Shown here in pieces: positions 9,648-19,196 of a stretch of DNA of 60,962 nucleotides. The stretch spans positions 126,318 to 187,279 of the forward strand of contig DATEOW010000006.1 of assembly GCA_035273665.1 (NCBI GenBank), in the 5' to 3' direction. A program made the translations under genes and the position numbers. Every line of letters starts with the position of its first letter. The stretch's first letter is position 1. Below the pieces are notes generated by a model that saw only the letters and a list, made by a program, of their open reading frames with translations, was not told where the DNA came from and searched no databases. This DNA comes from Burkholderiales bacterium. Its GTDB lineage: Bacteria > Pseudomonadota > Gammaproteobacteria > Burkholderiales > SG8-39.

Positions 9648-10988
9648 CTAGCCCTTCAACCGCGAAAGCAACTTATCGTGGATGCCGCCGAAACCGCCGT
9701 TGCTCATGATGAGAACTTGATCGCCCGCTTTCGCTTCACCCGCGATCGCTTCCACGAGTTGGCCGAGATCTTCGACACAACTGAGCTTCGCGCCTAAGGG
9801 TGCCAACGCCTCGGCGACATTCCACCCGAGGTTGTGGGTGTAGCAGAAGACGCGGTCCGCATCGCGCAGACTTTCCGGAAGGGCCGCTTTCATGACGCCT
9901 TGTTTCATGGTGTTCGAGCGCGGCTCGAGGACGGCAATAATTCGATTCTTGCCGCCATGCTGCCGCAAACCGGCGATGGTCATTTCAATGGCGGTCGGAT
10001 GGTGCGCGAAGTCGTCGTAGACCATTACGCCGCCGATGTCGCCACGCAGCTCCATGCGCCGCTTCACATTTTTGAAGCGCTCAAGCGCCGCAATGGACGT
10101 CGATACTTCCACGCCCGCGTGCCGCGCAGCCGCAATACTGGCCAGCGCATTTTGCCGGTTGTGCTCACCTTGGAGCTCCCAGCGTAGATCGCCCAGCACG
10201 GTGCCGCCGAGACAAACCTCGAAACTGTTTCCCTCGATCGCGCCGACGGACCACCCGGTGCGGTCACCAAATCGTTCGAGTTCAGACCAGCAGCCGCGCT
10301 CTAAGACGCGATCGAGCGATTCCTGTGAGTTCGCAATGATGCGGCCCGATGCGGGGATGGTACGGACCAAGTGATGAAATTGCGTTTCGATCGCGCCCAG
10401 ATCCGGAAAAATATCGGCGTGATCGAACTCCAAGTTATTCAATATCGCGGTGCGAGGGCGGTAGTGAACGAACTTGGACCGCTTATCGAAAAAAGCAGAA
10501 TCGTATTCGTCCGCTTCCAATACGAAAAAAGCTCCGCTGCTATGCCGAGCGGATATGTCGAAGTTTTGCGGCACGCCGCCAATGAGAAATCCGGGCTTGA
10601 GTCCGGCGTATTCGAGAATCCACGCCAGCATCGAGGACGTGGTGGTCTTCCCATGCGTGCCTGCGACACCGAGAACCCATTTGCCGAACAGCACTTCATC
10701 GGCGAGCCATTGCGGACCGGAAACGTACCGATCGCCACGCTCGAGCACGGCCTCCATTAAGGGATTGCCGCGCGATACCACATTGCCTACGACCCAAAGA
10801 TCCGGGTTCAGCGCAATTTGGTCGGCGGAAAAACCACCGTGGATCTCGATGCCCAGGCGTTCCAGTTGCGTGCTCATGGGCGGGTAGACATTGGTGTCGC
10901 AGCCCGTCACACGATGACCCGCCGCCTGAGCGAGCGCGGCGATACCGCCCATGAAAGTGCCGCAAATACCGAGTATGTGGATATGCAT
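9648..10988 (-). CDS. mpl: UDP-N-acetylmuramate:L-alanyl-gamma-D-glutamyl-meso-diaminopimelate ligase
   Basis: Canonical Mpl N-terminus MHIHILGICGTFMGG starts at ATG 10988. Mur ligase P-loop GVAGTHGKTTTSSM. The 89-codon upstream extension in the ORF track is Arg/Cys-rich and runs into the divergent gene. Confidence 0.92.
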   Translation of the reverse strand: MHIHILGICGTFMGGIAALAQAAGHRVTGCDTNVYPPMSTQLERLGIEIHGGFSADQIALNPDLWVVGNVVSRGNPLMEAVLERGDRYVSGPQWLADEVLFGKWVLGVAGTHGKTTTSSMLAWILEYAGLKPGFLIGGVPQNFDISARHSSGAFFVLEADEYDSAFFDKRSKFVHYRPRTAILNNLEFDHADIFPDLGAIETQFHHLVRTIPASGRIIANSQESLDRVLERGCWSELERFGDRTGWSVGAIEGNSFEVCLGGTVLGDLRWELQGEHNRQNALASIAAARHAGVEVSTSIAALERFKNVKRRMELRGDIGGVMVYDDFAHHPTAIEMTIAGLRQHGGKNRIIAVLEPRSNTMKQGVMKAALPESLRDADRVFCYTHNLGWNVAEALAPLGAKLSCVEDLGQLVEAIAGEAKAGDQVLIMSNGGFGGIHDKLLSRLKG

Positions 10989-11065
10989 GGGGCCGGATTC
11001 TACAGTCCCGGGACTGGTATCATCCTCGACAGGTTCACATCGCCGTCGCAGAAGCGCACTCCCGC

Positions 11066-11683
11066 ATGCCAAGGGAAAACAAATTGAAGCAAGTGCAAAT
11101 GCGGACACGAATTGCCGCAGCGGCCGCCCGCCTGATGGCCGAAGACGGAATCGACGATTTCGCACTCGCCAAACGCAAAGCCGCTCGGCAACTAGGCGCT
11201 CCGGATTCGCATTCGCTCCCGACCAACGAAGAAATCGAAAACGAGTTGGTCGCATATCAAGCCTTATATCAAGGCGATGAGCAACGCGATCGCATTCAAA
11301 ATTTGCGTGAGATCGCGCTGGATGCGATGACGGAGTTAGATCAATTCAACCCTTATGTGGCCGGACCCGTGCTGAAGGGCACGGCTGGACGATATGCGGA
11401 CATTGACCTCCAGCTTTTCACGGATGACCTCAAAGCCGTGGAGTTTTACTTCCTCAACCGCGATCTCCCCTACGAGGTGAGCGACGAGCGGCACTACAGC
11501 GGCGACGAAATGCGCCCCGCGCAAATTCTTCATGTCGAATGGCGGGGCGTCGCCTTAAATCTGGCGATCTACCGGGCAAACGACGAGCGTCGAGCACTCA
11601 AAGGCACTCCCGGTGGACGCAATATCGAACGCGCTAACGTGACCGCACTGCGCGCAATGCTCAATCCCTCAACGGCGGAATAG
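11066..11683 (+). CDS. Conserved hypothetical protein, possible minimal nucleotidyltransferase fold
   Basis: 205 aa, divergent from mpl. GPVLKGTAGRYADIDLQLF resembles the hG[GS]-x(9-13)-DhD pattern of pol-beta-type NTases. Stop TAG abuts the ATG of the next gene. The start could instead be ATG 11099. Confidence 0.6.
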   Translation: MPRENKLKQVQMRTRIAAAAARLMAEDGIDDFALAKRKAARQLGAPDSHSLPTNEEIENELVAYQALYQGDEQRDRIQNLREIALDAMTELDQFNPYVAGPVLKGTAGRYADIDLQLFTDDLKAVEFYFLNRDLPYEVSDERHYSGDEMRPAQILHVEWRGVALNLAIYRANDERRALKGTPGGRNIERANVTALRAMLNPSTAE

Positions 11684-12223
11684 ATGTCGACCCGCTGGCC
11701 CTTCTTCGCCACGATGGCGGTGGCCATCATGGCCATCGCTGCCGGGTTTTACGCCGGCCTTTCGCGCATCTCGCCGCCAACGCCTGCATCACAAAGCGCG
11801 CTCGACGGCGCCGTTTTTAAAGATCTCCAGGGCAAAGATCGGCGTGTAGCCGACTGGCCACAGAAATTGCGCATCCTTAATTTTTGGGCGACTTGGTGTG
11901 CCCCCTGCGTCGCGGAGATGCCGCTTTTAGATGAATTTGGGCGCGAGAATGCGCCGATCGGCGTTCAAGTGCTGGGAATAGGCATCGATAATCGTCAAAA
12001 TATACTTAAGTTCCGCGAAAAACTAAACATCCAGTTCCCCTTGCTCGTGGCCGACCCAAGCACCCTGGATCTGCTCCGCGCGCTAGGGAACACCGCCGGC
12101 GCCTTACCATTCTCAGTGTATGTCGATCAAAACGGCGCCATCGTAGGGCAACATCTTGGGCCGCTCGATCGAGAAAAACTACGGCTGGCGCTCATCAAAA
12201 TGCAAAAAGGCAGTTCGGAGTAA
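11684..12223 (+). CDS. TlpA-family periplasmic thiol:disulfide oxidoreductase
   Basis: 179 aa. N-terminal membrane anchor and thioredoxin active site FWATWCAPCVAEMP. Confidence 0.88.
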   Translation: MSTRWPFFATMAVAIMAIAAGFYAGLSRISPPTPASQSALDGAVFKDLQGKDRRVADWPQKLRILNFWATWCAPCVAEMPLLDEFGRENAPIGVQVLGIGIDNRQNILKFREKLNIQFPLLVADPSTLDLLRALGNTAGALPFSVYVDQNGAIVGQHLGPLDREKLRLALIKMQKGSSE

Positions 12224-12283
12224 TTCGCCGAATTTACGGCCATTAGTTGGACATCTGCATCGAATTTCGGCAAACTCGCCGCC

Positions 12284-12754
12284 ATGCCGAAAACCCCTCA
12301 GCCTGCGAGTGCGGCGAAGTCCACCCGGACGATCCTCGTCCTGCATGGCCCAAATCTAAATCTGTTGGGCACGCGCGAGCCGGAGATTTACGGGACGGAG
12401 ACGCTCGAACAAATAAATAAGCGCTTAAAAGCGGCGGCCGCTGTAGGGGGCGTCGCCTTTCAGGCTTTCCAAAGTAATCATGAAGGCGAGTTGATCGAAC
12501 AGGTCCATGCAGCGAAAAAGCTTCAAAATGCATTCATCATCGTCAATCCTGGTGGCTTTACACACACCAGCATTGCCTTACGCGATGCCTTCGCAGCAGT
12601 GTCGGTTCCCTTCATTGAAGTCCATCTTTCGAACATTCACGCAAGAGAAAGCTTCCGCCACCATTCCTTTTTCTCGGAATTGGCCGTGGGAGTTATTTGT
12701 GGGCTGGGCAGCCGAGGCTATGACTTGGCGCTCCAGTACGCTCTCGAACATTAA
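12284..12754 (+). CDS. aroQ: Type II 3-dehydroquinate dehydratase
   Basis: 156 aa. [30 protein letters not shown] and [17 protein letters not shown] are signature AroQ motifs. Confidence 0.95.
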   Translation: MPKTPQPASAAKSTRTILVLHGPNLNLLGTREPEIYGTETLEQINKRLKAAAAVGGVAFQAFQSNHEGELIEQVHAAKKLQNAFIIVNPGGFTHTSIALRDAFAAVSVPFIEVHLSNIHARESFRHHSFFSELAVGVICGLGSRGYDLALQYALEH

Positions 12755-12790
12755 GCATCTCGCGCACTGAAAAGTGCAGGAGCAATCCCA

Positions 12791-13249
12791 ATGGATCTTA
12801 GAAAACTCAAAAAACTGATCGACCTGGTGGAGGAGTCCGGTATCGCTGAGCTGGAGGTCACCGAGAACGAGGAAAAGGTGCGGATCGTGAAAGGTGGGGG
12901 CGCGCCTCGGGAAATGTATATGAGTGCGCCGATGCATGTGCCCATGACTTACGTCCCTCAAAACGGCGCCCCCGCAGCGCCTGCTCCGGCGCCCGAGGCT
13001 CCGGCAGCCCCGACCGGCCATGCGGTCAAGTCGCCTATGGTCGGCACCTTCTATCGGTCCCCTTCGCCGGGCGCCAAACCCTTCGTCGAGGTCGGCGACA
13101 CGGTTAAAAGCGGACAGACCGTCTGCATCATTGAAGCCATGAAGCTGCTCAATGAGATCGAGTGCGACAAGGACGGCGTCGTCAAAGCGATATTGGCGGA
13201 GAACGGCCAGCCGGTGGAATACGGCGAGCCGCTGCTAGTGATCGAGTAA
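12791..13249 (+). CDS. accB: Acetyl-CoA carboxylase biotin carboxyl carrier protein
   Basis: 152 aa. Ala/Pro linker ([15 protein letters not shown]) and biotinylation motif [12 protein letters not shown]. Confidence 0.95.
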   Translation: MDLRKLKKLIDLVEESGIAELEVTENEEKVRIVKGGGAPREMYMSAPMHVPMTYVPQNGAPAAPAPAPEAPAAPTGHAVKSPMVGTFYRSPSPGAKPFVEVGDTVKSGQTVCIIEAMKLLNEIECDKDGVVKAILAENGQPVEYGEPLLVIE

Positions 13250-13266
13250 ACAACACCCGTCATCTC

Positions 13267-14628
13267 ATGTTCGAAAAAATTCTAATCGCCAACCGCGGAG
13301 AGATCGCGCTGCGTATCCAGCGCGCATGCCGCGAGCTCGGCATTCGTACTGTCGTCGTCCATTCGGAAGCGGATCGCGAAGCGAAGTACGTCAAGCTCGC
13401 GGACGAATCAGTGTGCATCGGTCCGGCTCCCTCCGCTCTGTCCTACTTAAATGTGCCGGCGATTATTGCCGCTGCAGAAGTAACGGATGCTGAGGCCATA
13501 CACCCCGGCTACGGGTTCCTCTCCGAAAACGCGGATTTTGCCGAGCGCGTCGAAAAGAGCGGTTTCGTGTTCATCGGTCCGCGCCCGGAAAACATTCGTC
13601 TGATGGGCGATAAGGTCAGCGCGAAAGACGCCATGATCAAGGCTGGCGTGCCCTGCGTACCCGGATCGGGCGGCGCTTTGCCTGAAGATCCGGCCGAGAT
13701 TGTCAAAATCGCGCGAGCGATCAAATACCCGGTGATTATCAAAGCGTCCGGCGGGGGCGGTGGACGTGGCATGCGTGTCGTGCATACGGAAGCGGCACTG
13801 GTCAACGCCGTTGCGCTCACGCGCAATGAGGCGCAAGTGGCCTTCGGCAATCCCGTGGTGTACATGGAAAAGTATCTGGAGAATCCGCGTCACATTGAAA
13901 TTCAGATCCTTGCCGACGCACATCGGAACGTGGTGTATCTCGGCGAGCGCGACTGCTCCATGCAGCGACGTCACCAAAAAGTGTTGGAAGAGGCGCCCGC
14001 GCCGGGGCTCACGGAGCGTCAGCGGCTAAAGATTGGGGAGCGATGCGCGGAGGCTTGTCGGAAAATCAATTACCGAGGCGCCGGCACTTTTGAATTTCTC
14101 TATGAAAACGACGAGTTCTTTTTCATTGAAATGAACACCCGTGTTCAAGTGGAACACCCTGTGACGGAAATGATCACCGGTGTGGATATCGTGCAGCAAC
14201 AGATTCGCGTGGCGGCGGGCGAAAAACTGACCCTCAAGCAGCGCGATATCGAACTTCGGGGACACGCGGTCGAATGCCGCATCAACGCCGAAGACCCTTT
14301 CACTTTCGTTCCTTCTCCGGGGCGGATCACTTCTTATCACCCGCCGGGCGGCCCTGGGATCCGTGTGGACTCCCACGTCTATCATGGCTACTTCGTGCCA
14401 CCGAATTACGACTCCATGGTCGGCAAGCTCATCGCCTATGGCGCCACGCGTGATCAAGCGATCAAACGGATGCGCATTGCGTTGTCCGAGATGGTTGTTG
14501 AAGGGATCAAAACGAACATTCCTTTGCACCAGGAATTGATGCTGGATGAGCGCTTCCTCAAAGGCGGCACCAGCATCCATTATCTTGAGCAAAAACTGGC
14601 GTTGGCCGGTAAACGCGAAGACAAATAA
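13267..14628 (+). CDS. accC: Acetyl-CoA carboxylase biotin carboxylase subunit
   Basis: [26 protein letters not shown] starts at ATG 13267. ATP-grasp glycine loop [14 protein letters not shown]. The ORF-track start 13162 would overlap accB. Confidence 0.96.
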   Translation: MFEKILIANRGEIALRIQRACRELGIRTVVVHSEADREAKYVKLADESVCIGPAPSALSYLNVPAIIAAAEVTDAEAIHPGYGFLSENADFAERVEKSGFVFIGPRPENIRLMGDKVSAKDAMIKAGVPCVPGSGGALPEDPAEIVKIARAIKYPVIIKASGGGGGRGMRVVHTEAALVNAVALTRNEAQVAFGNPVVYMEKYLENPRHIEIQILADAHRNVVYLGERDCSMQRRHQKVLEEAPAPGLTERQRLKIGERCAEACRKINYRGAGTFEFLYENDEFFFIEMNTRVQVEHPVTEMITGVDIVQQQIRVAAGEKLTLKQRDIELRGHAVECRINAEDPFTFVPSPGRITSYHPPGGPGIRVDSHVYHGYFVPPNYDSMVGKLIAYGATRDQAIKRMRIALSEMVVEGIKTNIPLHQELMLDERFLKGGTSIHYLEQKLALAGKREDK

Positions 14629-14635
14629 AAATTGA

Positions 14636-15535
14636 ATGAGCTGGATTTCGCTCATTCTTGAAGCCCCCGCCGCGCACGCGGATCGCTTATCGGAAGCACT
14701 CATTGAACACGGCGCCCTGTCTGTGAGTGTTGAAGACGCGGCTGCCGGCACACCGGAAGAACAACCGCTATTCGGGGAACCGGGGGCGTCGCTCGAAACG
14801 ATGTGGGCGCGTAGCACCGTTCGCGCGCTCTGCGCCTCCGAAACAGACGTGAACGCCATGCTGAGGGCCGCTAGCATCGATTGCGGTATTGAACCGCCTC
14901 CCTACCGAATCGAAGGCGTGCCCGAGCAAGACTGGGTGCGCGTTACCCAAGCGCAGTTCGAGCCGATACAGATCACGCCTCGCCTATGGATCGTCCCTTC
15001 TTGGCATGCGATCACGGAGCCGAACGCCGTCAACCTCGTATTGGATCCGGGTCTCGCTTTCGGAACCGGCAGCCATCCCACCACGCGGCTTTGTCTACGG
15101 TGGCTTGAGGCGCGCGTCGCGCCGGGAATGACGATGCTCGACTATGGGTGTGGGTCCGGTATTCTTGCGATCGCCGCGGCGAAGTTTGGCGCCATCAACG
15201 TGATGGGCGTCGACATCGATCCGGTCGCAGTGAATCAGGCGCGGTTGAATGCCGAACGCAATCAGGTTGAAGCATGCTTCATTGGTACTGAGGAAAGTCT
15301 CTCGTACGAGGGGAACATCGTCGCAGCCAATATTCTTGCTATGCCGCTAAAACTGCTCGCGCCCCTGCTTGCCTCACATTGCAAACCGGGTGGACGCATC
15401 GTGCTGGCGGGCCTACTTGACTCGCAAGACGAAGAAGTCGCCGAGGCATATCGGCCTTGGTTTGAAATGTCCGTGTACGCGCGCGAAGAAGGCTGGACAG
15501 CGCTCGAAGGTCTTCGCCTGGAATCACCGCAATGA
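14636..15535 (+). CDS. prmA: Ribosomal protein L11 methyltransferase
   Basis: 299 aa. LDPGLAFGTGSHPTTRLCL and SAM motif LDYGCGSGILAIAA. Follows accC as in most proteobacteria. Confidence 0.94.
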   Translation: MSWISLILEAPAAHADRLSEALIEHGALSVSVEDAAAGTPEEQPLFGEPGASLETMWARSTVRALCASETDVNAMLRAASIDCGIEPPPYRIEGVPEQDWVRVTQAQFEPIQITPRLWIVPSWHAITEPNAVNLVLDPGLAFGTGSHPTTRLCLRWLEARVAPGMTMLDYGCGSGILAIAAAKFGAINVMGVDIDPVAVNQARLNAERNQVEACFIGTEESLSYEGNIVAANILAMPLKLLAPLLASHCKPGGRIVLAGLLDSQDEEVAEAYRPWFEMSVYAREEGWTALEGLRLESPQ

Positions 15536-16326
15536 AGATGGTGACCACTTGTCCCGCGTGTGGCACATCGTTTCGCATTCACCGGGATCAGATCGACGCG
15601 CGCGGCGGACAGGTGCGCTGCGGTCATTGCACCGTGGTGTTCGACGCCAACATGTACCTGGAGGTAGAGCCCGAGCACCCACCGCCCATGCCCGTCGAAT
15701 CCGTACCTCCGCGGGAAGAAAGTCATATCGCGCAGACTGATGAAATCGAGCCGACCCAACCCCTGCCGCCAGTCGGCGAGGCGGGCGTCGACGATGAGCC
15801 TGTACTTCTTGAAGAACTCGGTTTCGCCCCCCCTAAGCCAGCCTCTCGAGCCGATCGCCTGATCTGGGGTACGCTCGCCGCGGTGTTGGCCGTCCTCCTG
15901 ATTGCACAATTGATTTTCCATTTTCGGATCGAGATCGCCGTCGCGGCGCCCGAACTGAAGCCCATGCTTGAAGAGGCGTGCGCCATCATGGGCTGTGTGG
16001 TGCCATTACCGGCGCGGGCCGATTTTATTAGTATCGAAGCGGATGACATGCAGTTCGATAGCGGGCGTCCCAATCGGTTGACGCTTACGGCGGTGCTCCG
16101 AAACCGCGCCGATTTTGACCAGGCTTTCCCCATCATCGAGCTGACTTTGACCGACGAGGCGCAAAGCACCGTCTCGCGCAGGCTATTAGAACCTGCCGAT
16201 TATTTGGCTGAGACCTTAAAAGCCAAGTCTGCTTTCGCTGCCAATAGCGAGATCGCGATCAAGCTGCACATCCAGACCGAAGGCGTGAGTGCCAGCGGGT
16301 ACCGGATGGAAGTGCTGTATCCCTGA
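15532..16326 (+). CDS. Zinc-ribbon (MJ0042-type) / DUF3426-like membrane protein
   Basis: 264 aa. N-terminal CPACGTSFRI...VRCGHCTVVFDA double CxxC, one TM segment (LIWGTLAAVLAVLLIAQLIF). ATGA overlap with prmA. Confidence 0.8.
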   Translation: MKMVTTCPACGTSFRIHRDQIDARGGQVRCGHCTVVFDANMYLEVEPEHPPPMPVESVPPREESHIAQTDEIEPTQPLPPVGEAGVDDEPVLLEELGFAPPKPASRADRLIWGTLAAVLAVLLIAQLIFHFRIEIAVAAPELKPMLEEACAIMGCVVPLPARADFISIEADDMQFDSGRPNRLTLTAVLRNRADFDQAFPIIELTLTDEAQSTVSRRLLEPADYLAETLKAKSAFAANSEIAIKLHIQTEGVSASGYRMEVLYP

Positions 16327-16402
16327 GCCCGCTGATAAGTGGCCGCTTAAATAGGCTATTCTTAGGCCCCCTTTTTTTACAACTACAAAGCAGGAGCATT
16401 TC

Positions 16403-16903
16403 ATGGCGAGCGTCACGCTGGGCGGCAAGCCCGTACAAATAGCAGGTAATCTTCCGGCGGTCGGGCAAACCGCCCCCGATTTCAGTCTTGTCGGCAAAGA
16501 TCTCAAAACCATCACATTGGGTGACTTCGCCGGCAAACGCAAAGTGCTCAATATTGTGCCGAGCTTGGACACACCGACCTGCGCTACTTCTACGCGAAAG
16601 TTCAACGAACAAGCAGGCAAGCTCCCTAACACCGTCGTACTGGTAATTTCCGCCGATCTGCCTTTCGCGATGGGCCGCTTCTGCTCCGTCGAGAATATCG
16701 ACAATGTCATTCCGGCCTCGCTATTCCGTAATCGCGAGTTCCTCAAGAACTACGGGGTCGATATCACCGATGGTCCGTTGATGGGTGTCTCCGCCCGCGC
16801 GGTTGTTGTGCTGGACGAGAACAACAAGGTCTTGCACTCCGAACTGGTTTCCGAAATCAAGAACGAACCCAATTACGACGCGGCATTGGCTGCGCTGAAA
16901 TAA
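16403..16903 (+). CDS. tpx: Thiol peroxidase (atypical 2-Cys peroxiredoxin)
   Basis: 166 aa. [17 protein letters not shown] holds the peroxidatic Cys context and [11 protein letters not shown] the resolving Cys. Confidence 0.94.
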   Translation: MASVTLGGKPVQIAGNLPAVGQTAPDFSLVGKDLKTITLGDFAGKRKVLNIVPSLDTPTCATSTRKFNEQAGKLPNTVVLVISADLPFAMGRFCSVENIDNVIPASLFRNREFLKNYGVDITDGPLMGVSARAVVVLDENNKVLHSELVSEIKNEPNYDAALAALK

Positions 16904-16908
16904 TCCGA

Positions 16909-16948
16909 AGGGCGCGGTACGCTGCGCCCTCGCTCTTTCTTTCTTCTC
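16909..16948 (+). terminator. Possible intrinsic terminator after tpx
   Basis: Stem AGGGCGC (16909-16915) / GCGCCCT (16924-16930) with an 8-nt loop, followed by an interrupted T-rich tract CGCTCTTTCTTTCTTCTC. Confidence 0.4.
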
Positions 16949-17881
16949 ATGCGCACACTTATTTGCGGTTCCATTGCCTACGACAACATCATGGTGTTTC
17001 AAGGGCGATTCAAGGATCAGATTCTTCCCGAGCAGGTACACATCCTCAATGTTTCTTTTCTCGTGCCCGAACTACGACGCGAGTTTGGCGGCTGCGCAGG
17101 CAATATCGCTTACAACCTCAAGCTACTCGGCGCTGATCCGCTGATCATGGCCACCGTCGGCGCGGACGCAGGTGCCTATATCGAACGCATGGATTCGCTC
17201 GGTCTGGATCGTGAACACGTGCAGCTCGTGCCGGGGACCTTGACCGCGCAAGCTTTTATTACGACCGATCTCGACGATAACCAGATCACCGCCTTTCACC
17301 CGGGGGCGATGAATCTGTCTCACGCCAATACCATCAGCGATTCAATCGACGCCGACTTAGCGATCGTCGCGCCCGATGGACGAGAGGGAATGCTGTCGCA
17401 CGTCGCGCAGTTAGCCAAGGCGCGTATCCCATTCATCTTCGACCCCGGCCAAGGCTTGCCCATGTTTAACGGGGCAGAACTGTCCGACATGATCGACAAG
17501 GCGTCCTACGTGGCCGTCAACGATTACGAAGGGCGGATGCTGGAGGAACGCACGGGCAAATCGCTTGGGGAACTTGCGCAGGGCGTGGAAGCTCTTATTG
17601 TCACCAAAGGGGCGCTGGGTTCAGAAATCCTGAGCCACGGAGAACGAGTGAATATCCCCTGCGTAACGCCTGAGGCCGTCGTCGATCCGACCGGTTGTGG
17701 CGATGCCTACCGGGCCGGACTTTTGTTTGGTATTGGCGCAGGCTTCGATTGGCGTAAAACCGGCCAACTGGCATCGTTGATGGGCGCGTTGAAAGTCGCT
17801 TCCAGGGGCGCGCAAAACCATGTGGCAAGTCGGGAACAGATCGGCGACTTGTACAGCAAGCACTTCGGTGAGTCGTTGTAG
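16949..17881 (+). CDS. PfkB-family carbohydrate/nucleoside kinase
   Basis: 310 aa. GGCAGNIAYNL near the N-terminus and C-terminal DPTGCGDAYRAGLL (PfkB signature 2). Confidence 0.88.
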   Translation: MRTLICGSIAYDNIMVFQGRFKDQILPEQVHILNVSFLVPELRREFGGCAGNIAYNLKLLGADPLIMATVGADAGAYIERMDSLGLDREHVQLVPGTLTAQAFITTDLDDNQITAFHPGAMNLSHANTISDSIDADLAIVAPDGREGMLSHVAQLAKARIPFIFDPGQGLPMFNGAELSDMIDKASYVAVNDYEGRMLEERTGKSLGELAQGVEALIVTKGALGSEILSHGERVNIPCVTPEAVVDPTGCGDAYRAGLLFGIGAGFDWRKTGQLASLMGALKVASRGAQNHVASREQIGDLYSKHFGESL

Positions 17882-17896
17882 TGAGTTTGAAGGAGT

Positions 17897-18352
17897 TTGA
17901 AAATGGGTACGAGATTCTTAGTGGCCGCGGTGGCAACGCTAATTTTGGCCGGGTGTGTCAGCAGCAATTCCGGTAGCGTTTATTCGCGCGACGAAGCGCG
18001 GCGCGAAGCGACGATTCGCGAGGGCGTCGTCGACAGCGTGCGATCCGTGACGCTCGAAGGCACCAAATCGCCAGTCGGTACGCTTGCCGGCGGCGCTGTT
18101 GGCGGCATCGCCGGGTCTAACATCGGCGGTGGTAGCGGCCGCGCGGTTGGAGCGATACTCGGCGCGGTCGCGGGAGGCATGGTTGGCTCTGCGGCCGAAG
18201 AGGGCATTACGCGCAAAGCCGGTTATGAAATCACCGTTCGACTGAATAACGGCGAGCTGCGCTCCATCGTTCAGGAAGCGGACGAAGAGTTTCGCGTCGG
18301 CGAGCGCGTCCGTCTTGTTTCTCAAGGCGGCGTCACTCGCGTGACGCACTAA
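17897..18352 (+). CDS. Glycine-zipper outer-membrane lipoprotein (SlyB/PCP-like)
   Basis: 151 aa. Lipobox LILAGC and glycine zipper GGAVGGIAGSNIGGGSGRAVGAILGAVAGGMVGSAA. Confidence 0.85.
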   Translation: MKMGTRFLVAAVATLILAGCVSSNSGSVYSRDEARREATIREGVVDSVRSVTLEGTKSPVGTLAGGAVGGIAGSNIGGGSGRAVGAILGAVAGGMVGSAAEEGITRKAGYEITVRLNNGELRSIVQEADEEFRVGERVRLVSQGGVTRVTH

Positions 18353-18368
18353 TAAACGATATCTTCTA

Positions 18369-18394
18369 AAAAGCCGCGCCATCGCGGCTTTTTT
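18369..18394 (+). terminator. Rho-independent terminator
   Basis: AAAAGCCGCG (18369-18378), loop CCAT, CGCGGCTTTT (18383-18392), T-run through 18394. Begins 17 nt after the lipoprotein stop. Confidence 0.8.
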
Positions 18395-18395
18395 A

Positions 18396-19196
18396 TTGCC
18401 TATGTCGCACGCTTCCATTCCTCGGCGCAGTATCCGGCTTCTACGTTTAGCGCTGCATGCAGCAAAAGCGTGGTGGATCGTACATGTGCATTTCCCGCGC
18501 GTAGATCAAGCCGCGAAAAACGCGCACATGAAAAAATGGTCCCGCCATTTGATGCGCGTACTGGGTCTTCGGGTGCAAGTCATCGGCAGCCCCTGTTCGC
18601 TTCACAATGTCCGCGTAGTCGTTGGCAACCATGTCTCTTGGCTCGACATCTTTCTTATCTATACCGAGACGCCCGGGCTCTTCGTCGCCAAATCGGAGAT
18701 TCGTAATTGGCCGGTGATCGGTGGGCTAATCGATCGCGTGGGAACGCTGTTTATCGAACGGGGCAGCCCGCAACATGCGCGGAAAATCAATTCGCAAATT
18801 GTCGAAACGATTTCCGCAGGCCGAGTAATGTGCTTGTTCCCCGAAGGCGCGACGACCTGGGGCGACAGTGTGCTGCCGTTTCACGCCGCACTATTTCAAC
18901 CGGCGATTGAAGCGCGCGCCAAGCTCTTGCCGGTGGCGCTGCGCTATAAAACTGGGGATGGGCAGCTCTGCACTGCAGCTTCTTATGCGGGGGAGACGAC
19001 GCTTATTCAGTCGCTGTGGCGCATCGTGTCGCAGAGAAATATCGTCGCCGAACTGCACTTTTTGGATCCGATCGACGCGGCCGAGAGTGACCGACGGGAG
19101 CTGGCAGCGCAGTTGGAATCCATGATCGCTGAGCGACTGAGCATCCCCGTCATCCGCAGGCACATTGGAACACCTGCTGATCCTCCAGACGAATAG
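18396..19196 (+). CDS. Lysophospholipid (1-acyl-sn-glycerol-3-phosphate-type) acyltransferase
   Basis: 266-aa ORF with the HX4D acyltransferase motif GNHVSWLDI and FPEGATT block. The first ATG is at 18402. The 3' end overlaps the convergent apaH by 47 nt. Confidence 0.85.
   Translation: MPMSHASIPRRSIRLLRLALHAAKAWWIVHVHFPRVDQAAKNAHMKKWSRHLMRVLGLRVQVIGSPCSLHNVRVVVGNHVSWLDIFLIYTETPGLFVAKSEIRNWPVIGGLIDRVGTLFIERGSPQHARKINSQIVETISAGRVMCLFPEGATTWGDSVLPFHAALFQPAIEARAKLLPVALRYKTGDGQLCTAASYAGETTLIQSLWRIVSQRNIVAELHFLDPIDAAESDRRELAAQLESMIAERLSIPVIRRHIGTPADPPDE

Noticed and set aside
10989-11255. 89-codon N-terminal extension of the mpl ORF in the track
   Set aside because: The canonical Mpl N-terminus MHIHILGICGTFMGG begins at 10988. 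The extension is Arg/Cys-rich and would run across the divergent gene starting at 11066. Similar over-extensions were trimmed for accC (13162-13266), comM (21435-21539), glnK (22578-22700), DUF4390 (36569-36700), smg (42702-42773), parA, parB and the His-rich ORF (60080-60241).
14026-14877. 283-aa minus-strand ORF spanning the accC/prmA junction, plus similar ones at 13447-13977 and 15262-15921
   Set aside because: These are antisense to genes with textbook motifs, have biased Arg/Ala/Ser composition, and have no start-site context. They are GC-driven open frames.
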